NCBI RefSeq assembly: GCF_009914755.1
Contig: NC_060944.1
Length of the DNA stretch: 64,000 nucleotides
DNA from: the human T2T-CHM13v2.0 reference genome, Homo sapiens
Strand: one strand, 5' to 3'
Below are positions 58,010-64,000 of this stretch, one piece after another; the stretch's first letter is position 1; each line of letters begins with the position of its first letter. The notes under the pieces were generated by a model, which was not told where the DNA came from, did not search any database, and saw nothing but the letters and a program-made list of their open reading frames with translations. The translations under genes and the position numbers were made by a program.

Positions 58010-58410
58010 GCAGAAGTTCAATAATTCTGCTGGGTATCAGAATCACTGAGGGGCTTGCCCAAAATATACATGCCCTGACCCCACTTCCTAGAGATCCAAA
58101 TTCTGAGGTGGAACCTAGAACATTTTTAAACACACTTCCCACATGATTTTGATGCATGGGATAAATGGACCACACTTTGCAAAAGGCTGTCTCACTGTAC
58201 CAGTTTGTGTTTGTTTATCTGCTGCTCTGCCTTGCTGAGTGTTGTTTTATGTATATCGGCAGTTTTTGAATCACCTGGGAACCTAAATATAGATGCCCTC
58301 GCCCCATCCCAGATCTTGTGAATCAGAACTTCCAGGGATGGGTCTTGGGAATCTCCATTTTCAAAAGGCTCCCTCTGTGCCTCTGATGCAGCCAGTCTTC
58401 CCACTGGCCT
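58010..58410. mobile_element. Two MER5-like MITEs (about 58010-58190 and 58255-58410)
   Basis: atcagaatcactgagggg...; tgaatcacctgggaacct...gaatcagaacttccaggg...ggaatctccattttcaaaaggctccc. Confidence 0.65.
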
Positions 58411-58627
58411 GCGGGAGCCCCTCCTGTGCTTTACAGACTTCGTGAGGAGGTTGGAAGCTCAAGAGCAGGTGTTTTCTCTGCCGTTTTAGGCCAACTTCTC
58501 TCCCTATCTCCCATTAATCCAACAGTGTTCTGTTCAAAACCAGTTTTTAGTAAGTCACTGTGGGGTGACTCCTTGGTTTATCCACAGTTTCAATGTGCCT
58601 TTGGGACTTAAACATTGCCCAGTATTT

Positions 58628-58953
58628 ATTTTTTCTTTCTTTCTTTCCTTCTTTTTTCTTTCTTTCTTTTTTTTTTTTTTTTTTCAAAGCATTACTCTGT
58701 CACCTAGGCTGGAATGCAGTGGCACAATCATGGCTTACTGCGGCCTTGACCTCCTGGGCTCAAGTGATCCTCCCACCTCAGCCTGCTGAGTAGCTGGGAC
58801 TATAAGTGCACACCACCACGCCTGGCTAATTTTTTGTAGAGATGAGGTCTCACTATGTTGCCTAGGCTGGTCTCGAACTCCTGAGCTCAAGCTATCCTCC
58901 TACCTTGGCCTCCCAAAGTGCTGGGATTACAAGCATGAACCACTGCGCCTGGC
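58628..58953 (-). mobile_element. AluJ
   Basis: Alu consensus with TSD cagtattt. Confidence 0.93.
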
Positions 58954-59939
58954 CCAGTATTTCTAACTGCATCTCAAATCAGCCTGTTCTCTGATTAGAG
59001 GCAAGAAGGATATCTTAGGCACCTAGCTCATCCTGGTGGGGACTCTCTTTGCAGTCCTTTCTATCCTGGAATTTAAAATGTGTTTCCCAGGTCAGCCCAT
59101 ACAGGAATAGGGTAATATCACCCATTGTCATACTCAAACATTCATCTGTTCAGCCTTCCCCTTGGTTCTGTACTGGGACATGTGCATTGACTGTCTTCAT
59201 CCTTGGGGTACTGGTCTCCAGAGTACCCCCAAAGATCGAGAAAAGTCCTGATCCCTTGCCTTGTGGCCTGCCTAGGCTGCTTAGGTTGCTGAGGGAGGGT
59301 ATCTCCCTAGAGGCCAGGGCTTTGCCCTATTTCTGTTTGGTTTTGCCCTAGAACTGTGTACTGACATTCTTTATAGAGAGAAACTTTTGAACCAAAAATC
59401 TTAAAAGTATAACCAAAAAGTAAAACAAAATAGGAGGTAGGGTGGACATGAGGCAGTTGGCTGGAAATGGAGTATACCAAGGAATGATATTTGTAGAATT
59501 TTATTCCTTGGCCCAAGTGTAAGAGCTACCTTCCAGGTTGTAAGGAATCATTTATGAAGGCCCTGGAAGATCCTGTTGGTTAATCTAATTTTTTAATACC
59601 TGAGTCTCCATGGACTCAGAATGTCCCATTCTGGACTTTGGATGGCCAGCTCTTTGGTAGCCTCTTTGAATATGTTGGGTTTATCTTCATTCTTTACAAG
59701 ACATGATGGGATCATTATTCATGGCAGAATCTGAAAAGTAGTAGGGTTGTCCCGTAAGCCCAGAAGGCACTTGCAACCCTCTTAGCACACATTATATATC
59801 TGCACCTTGGCGTTGTGCCTCCGGATAAGCCTCAGATTGCATTTTGATGCCAGATGTGAGAAGCCTTTAGTAATCAGGATGACTCCCTTTAGGAAATCCT
59901 GTTCCCAGGTGATAGCTGCTTCCTAAGGAATACTTGTTT

Positions 59940-59972
59940 GGGGGCTTGGGGGTTGGGGGGGCGGGGGAGGGG
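59940..59972 (+). other. Putative G-quadruplex motif
   Basis: G5-CTT-G5-TT-G7-C-G5-A-G4. Confidence 0.8.
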
Positions 59973-60191
59973 AGCAGCACCAGAGGCTCTGATTTAGAGA
60001 CAAAGGGGAGTTAATTGACCCTAGAAATGTTAGAGTAAGAGATTTCTAATGAGACCTGACAGCTCAGGGGCTGAAGAGGGAGTCTAATCTTTTTTTTCCT
60101 GCCCACCCAGTCTTCATACAAATGTAAATATGCCTCCTTCAACAAATTGCCAAATGTGGTTTTAATTTGTAAGCGGGAGACCCCGCCTTGC

Positions 60192-60247
60192 TTTTCTCTT
60201 TCTTTTTTTCTTTTTCTTTTCTTTTTTTTTCTTTTTTTTTTTTTTTT
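60192..60247. repeat. T-rich polypyrimidine low-complexity tract
   Basis: Seen directly in the sequence. Confidence 0.9.
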
Positions 60248-61490
60248 GAAAACTAAGTCACAGATTTTACACTTTTTGAACAGGACATTTCCTCCTGTCA
60301 CTCTTATCACCTTTTCTGTTGTCCTTTTTCTTCCAAGGACATTTTCCCCCATTGTTGTCAGAGGAATTTGGGATGAGAGCCGACTGCTCTGCTTCTTAAA
60401 GGAGTTTTTGAAGTTCCCATAGGAAATGCATAGTGCTCTTTAAACTGAATTTTAAAAATAAATAAATAAAGGCAGTGATTGAATTTAATACGAGATTTGA
60501 AAGAGTGTCACTATCACAGCATCATACTTTATGTGGCATATGCAGTATTCATTGTTGTTATTTATGACCCTGTCTGCCTTCCATTGTGGATTTCTTCCAG
60601 CCTTGGGGAATTTACATCATTCCTAATAGCAAAAGGCTTTCTGGTTCCCACAGAGTTGTTCAAAGCCTGACTCATGCTCCTTATGTTAATTGTTCAGCTC
60701 TGAAAATACAGCACTTACAGGGTGTGGCTGTGAGGGGAGAATCTACTGTACTTATAGGGCATGTTTAGAAGTGTTTCACACATAAATCTCGATTCCTCTC
60801 GATCTCTCTCTTTCTCTCAGTTGAATTTTAAGCTGTCACTCATTTTGGCCAACTAGTAAGTCTTAGAAAACAAAAAAAAAGGGAGTATAATCCAATAAAA
60901 TCCAATAAAACCTAGAATATTCTGTTCACTAGCTTAAAACTCACTTGGGTTATAACCAGATATGACTTTGAGTGACACTGGCCCAGGTCTGAGATGGATA
61001 GGCACAATTGAAGAGTGTGAAGAGCCCATCCTCAGTGGTGCAGGGCAGTGATTAGGCAAAGCACATCCCCTCGGCTTGTAGGATAACCAGGCACGGTACT
61101 CATGGCTGCCACCCACCAGGTACTCTGGGGCTGTCACTGCTAATTCCAGTGTAGGTCTAAAGCAAGGACCTACTGACAACTTACTAAAGCTGTTTCTGGT
61201 GGTAGCAACATTTTATTGGAATTTGATGGAGAAGAATACTTAGTTTCTCAGAAAATATGAGGAGTTAACACCTTGTATGGATTATCTACTTGATAACCAA
61301 AAGGAGAAGAGATTCCAAAAGCATGAAATGGGTTAATGTTGGCAAGGTAGGTAGGCTTTTACATTTTATAATTACTTCCTTATGATGCTTCCATGGGAAC
61401 ACAAAAGGCTAGATAGGCAGATAATCTATGAATTATATAAAACCAGAGTGGTGGTTAGTATAAGGAAAAAAGTCCCGAATTTTTTGGTAG

Positions 61491-61868
<378 letters not shown>

Positions 61869-62327
61869 ACAAAATATTCTTTGTTTTTGCAGATAGAGAA
61901 AATATGGGGAATTCTTAGGATGATAAGGGTGTAGACCACTGTGTCACCAGGTCTTGCTAGAAGAACAGAGCTCACAGGCACGTTGCCCCACACAGTAGGA
62001 TTCTGGGGCTTTTGTCACAGCCTGAGCCTCACAGATACCAGATATTGGCCAAGAGTTCCCAGATGGTTTGGAATCAACATTATTTGCCTTACAGTTTTGT
62101 ATGTTTATGACGCATGTTAATGTATGAAATGTGGACTGGGAGTCCAAAAGAAGTTACAATTAACCATAAAGTCCTAGGTAAAAAAGGTTAAAATAGCTTA
62201 CCACTGAGCAGTTTCATTCAGTCTTTACAAAAATAAATGTGTTCATTGGGGCATTCAGAGTGTAACTGTTTTCTCTCATGTTCAGCTAATAGATTTCTGG
62301 TTGAACCTTTGTTATCTTTTGGAGTAG

Positions 62328-62429
<102 letters not shown>

Positions 62430-63568
62430 TAGGTGCAATGTGTTTCCTTTTTCTCATTTTTGCCTGTCTCTATGTATGGATAGATAACATGAAGTCCAGA
62501 ATTAAACAGAGTGCCTGGAACTGAAGCACAAACTCCCCTCCGTCACGTACTTACTCTCCCCTCCCTCCTGACTCTCTTGCTTTCTGGACAATAGGGATAG
62601 AATCCTTGCTTCACAGGTGTGTTGCAAGGAGTAATTAATGACACGTTCTTTGAAGATGAAAAGCACCTGTTGGTGGTGTGTTTCATACCACTTTCGGAGG
62701 GACTACAGACAGATCTAGAAAAAAAAAAATTCCTTTCCTAGGATCCTTGTTCCGACTTTAATATAATTACGATAATCCTCATGCTCCTGGTGTCAACAGT
62801 AAGAACATGAATATTACATGTATTTGTTTTCACACTGAAGCTAGCCGAAATAAATATTTCAGCTTTCAATGTTTTGGTGGTTGAGGAAATTTCTTGCCAT
62901 TCACAAACCTGTAAATATATGCTGAAGTTAACATCTTTAGTCTCTAATTCTCCCTGTGCAGCTTCTATCCTGCCCCTCAAAGTTCACTTTATCATCAGAG
63001 TGAAGTTACATTGTCTGTTGTGCACGCTGTAAGGAGCAAGGGGCTTATATACAGCTATATCGACACTCTTTTGTCTTCCACGATTGTATTTTATTGCCTT
63101 TCATGCTGACTATCTGAAATTTCTTCCAGGACATTTCAAATTATATTAACTAAGTCCTACTCCCATTTGTTGATCAAGTTTGGTCAACAAACCTGATACC
63201 AGCTAAATGGTGGTTATATTTGGGTAACATCTTGAAATAGCCTGAGAGAAATTCCAGAAGATTTTTCTTTACTCACAAGTAGAAATTGTGTGTATGTGTA
63301 CATTTGTGTACACAGAGCCTGAGTCTACTCCTGGAAAAAAAAAATCAGTATATAGGCAGTACTGACCCTTAACATTGGAAATGAATACCTATTTACCTTA
63401 GTTAAAATGTGAACGCCATCATAAATCCATTTTTAACCCAATGATTGATAAGCAGTATCATGTATAATGGAATATGTGAAGGTTTTTGCTTGATTCAGTC
63501 TGCATTTAAACATACACCTGTGGTGGGGAGTGTTTCCAGATTTGCTGGGGAAGCGAGAGGGCAGGTAG

Positions 63569-64000
<432 letters not shown>

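Overview
This is AT-rich, Alu/L1-rich primate (human-like) genomic DNA. The window covers the 3' part of SLX4IP (C20orf94) on the + strand. Five coding exons with canonical AG/GT boundaries splice in frame: 1716-1836, 39689-39766, 42745-42833, 62328-62428 and 63673 to beyond the window end. The gene was recognised from the spliced peptide. The introns hold about 18 Alus, several L1/L2/MIR fragments, DNA-transposon MITEs, solo LTRs and a decayed ERVL-like provirus with nested insertions. The most notable element is an antisense processed copy of DNAJC9 (53864-55187) with a poly(A) signal, a tail remnant and a 16-bp TSD. It lost its native start codon but is still one open 252-codon frame from an ATG in the flanking DNA, and its J-domain HPD motif reads HLD. 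Other observations: a GAG-TAG tandem acceptor that could insert a stop codon into SLX4IP; an unexplained ~220-bp direct duplication next to a near-perfect 38-bp palindrome; and a poly(A)-only retrotransposition scar. I see no prokaryote-type system (CRISPR, operons). Most ORFs in the supplied track are repeat-derived or spurious. Repeat subfamily names and boundaries are by eye and approximate.
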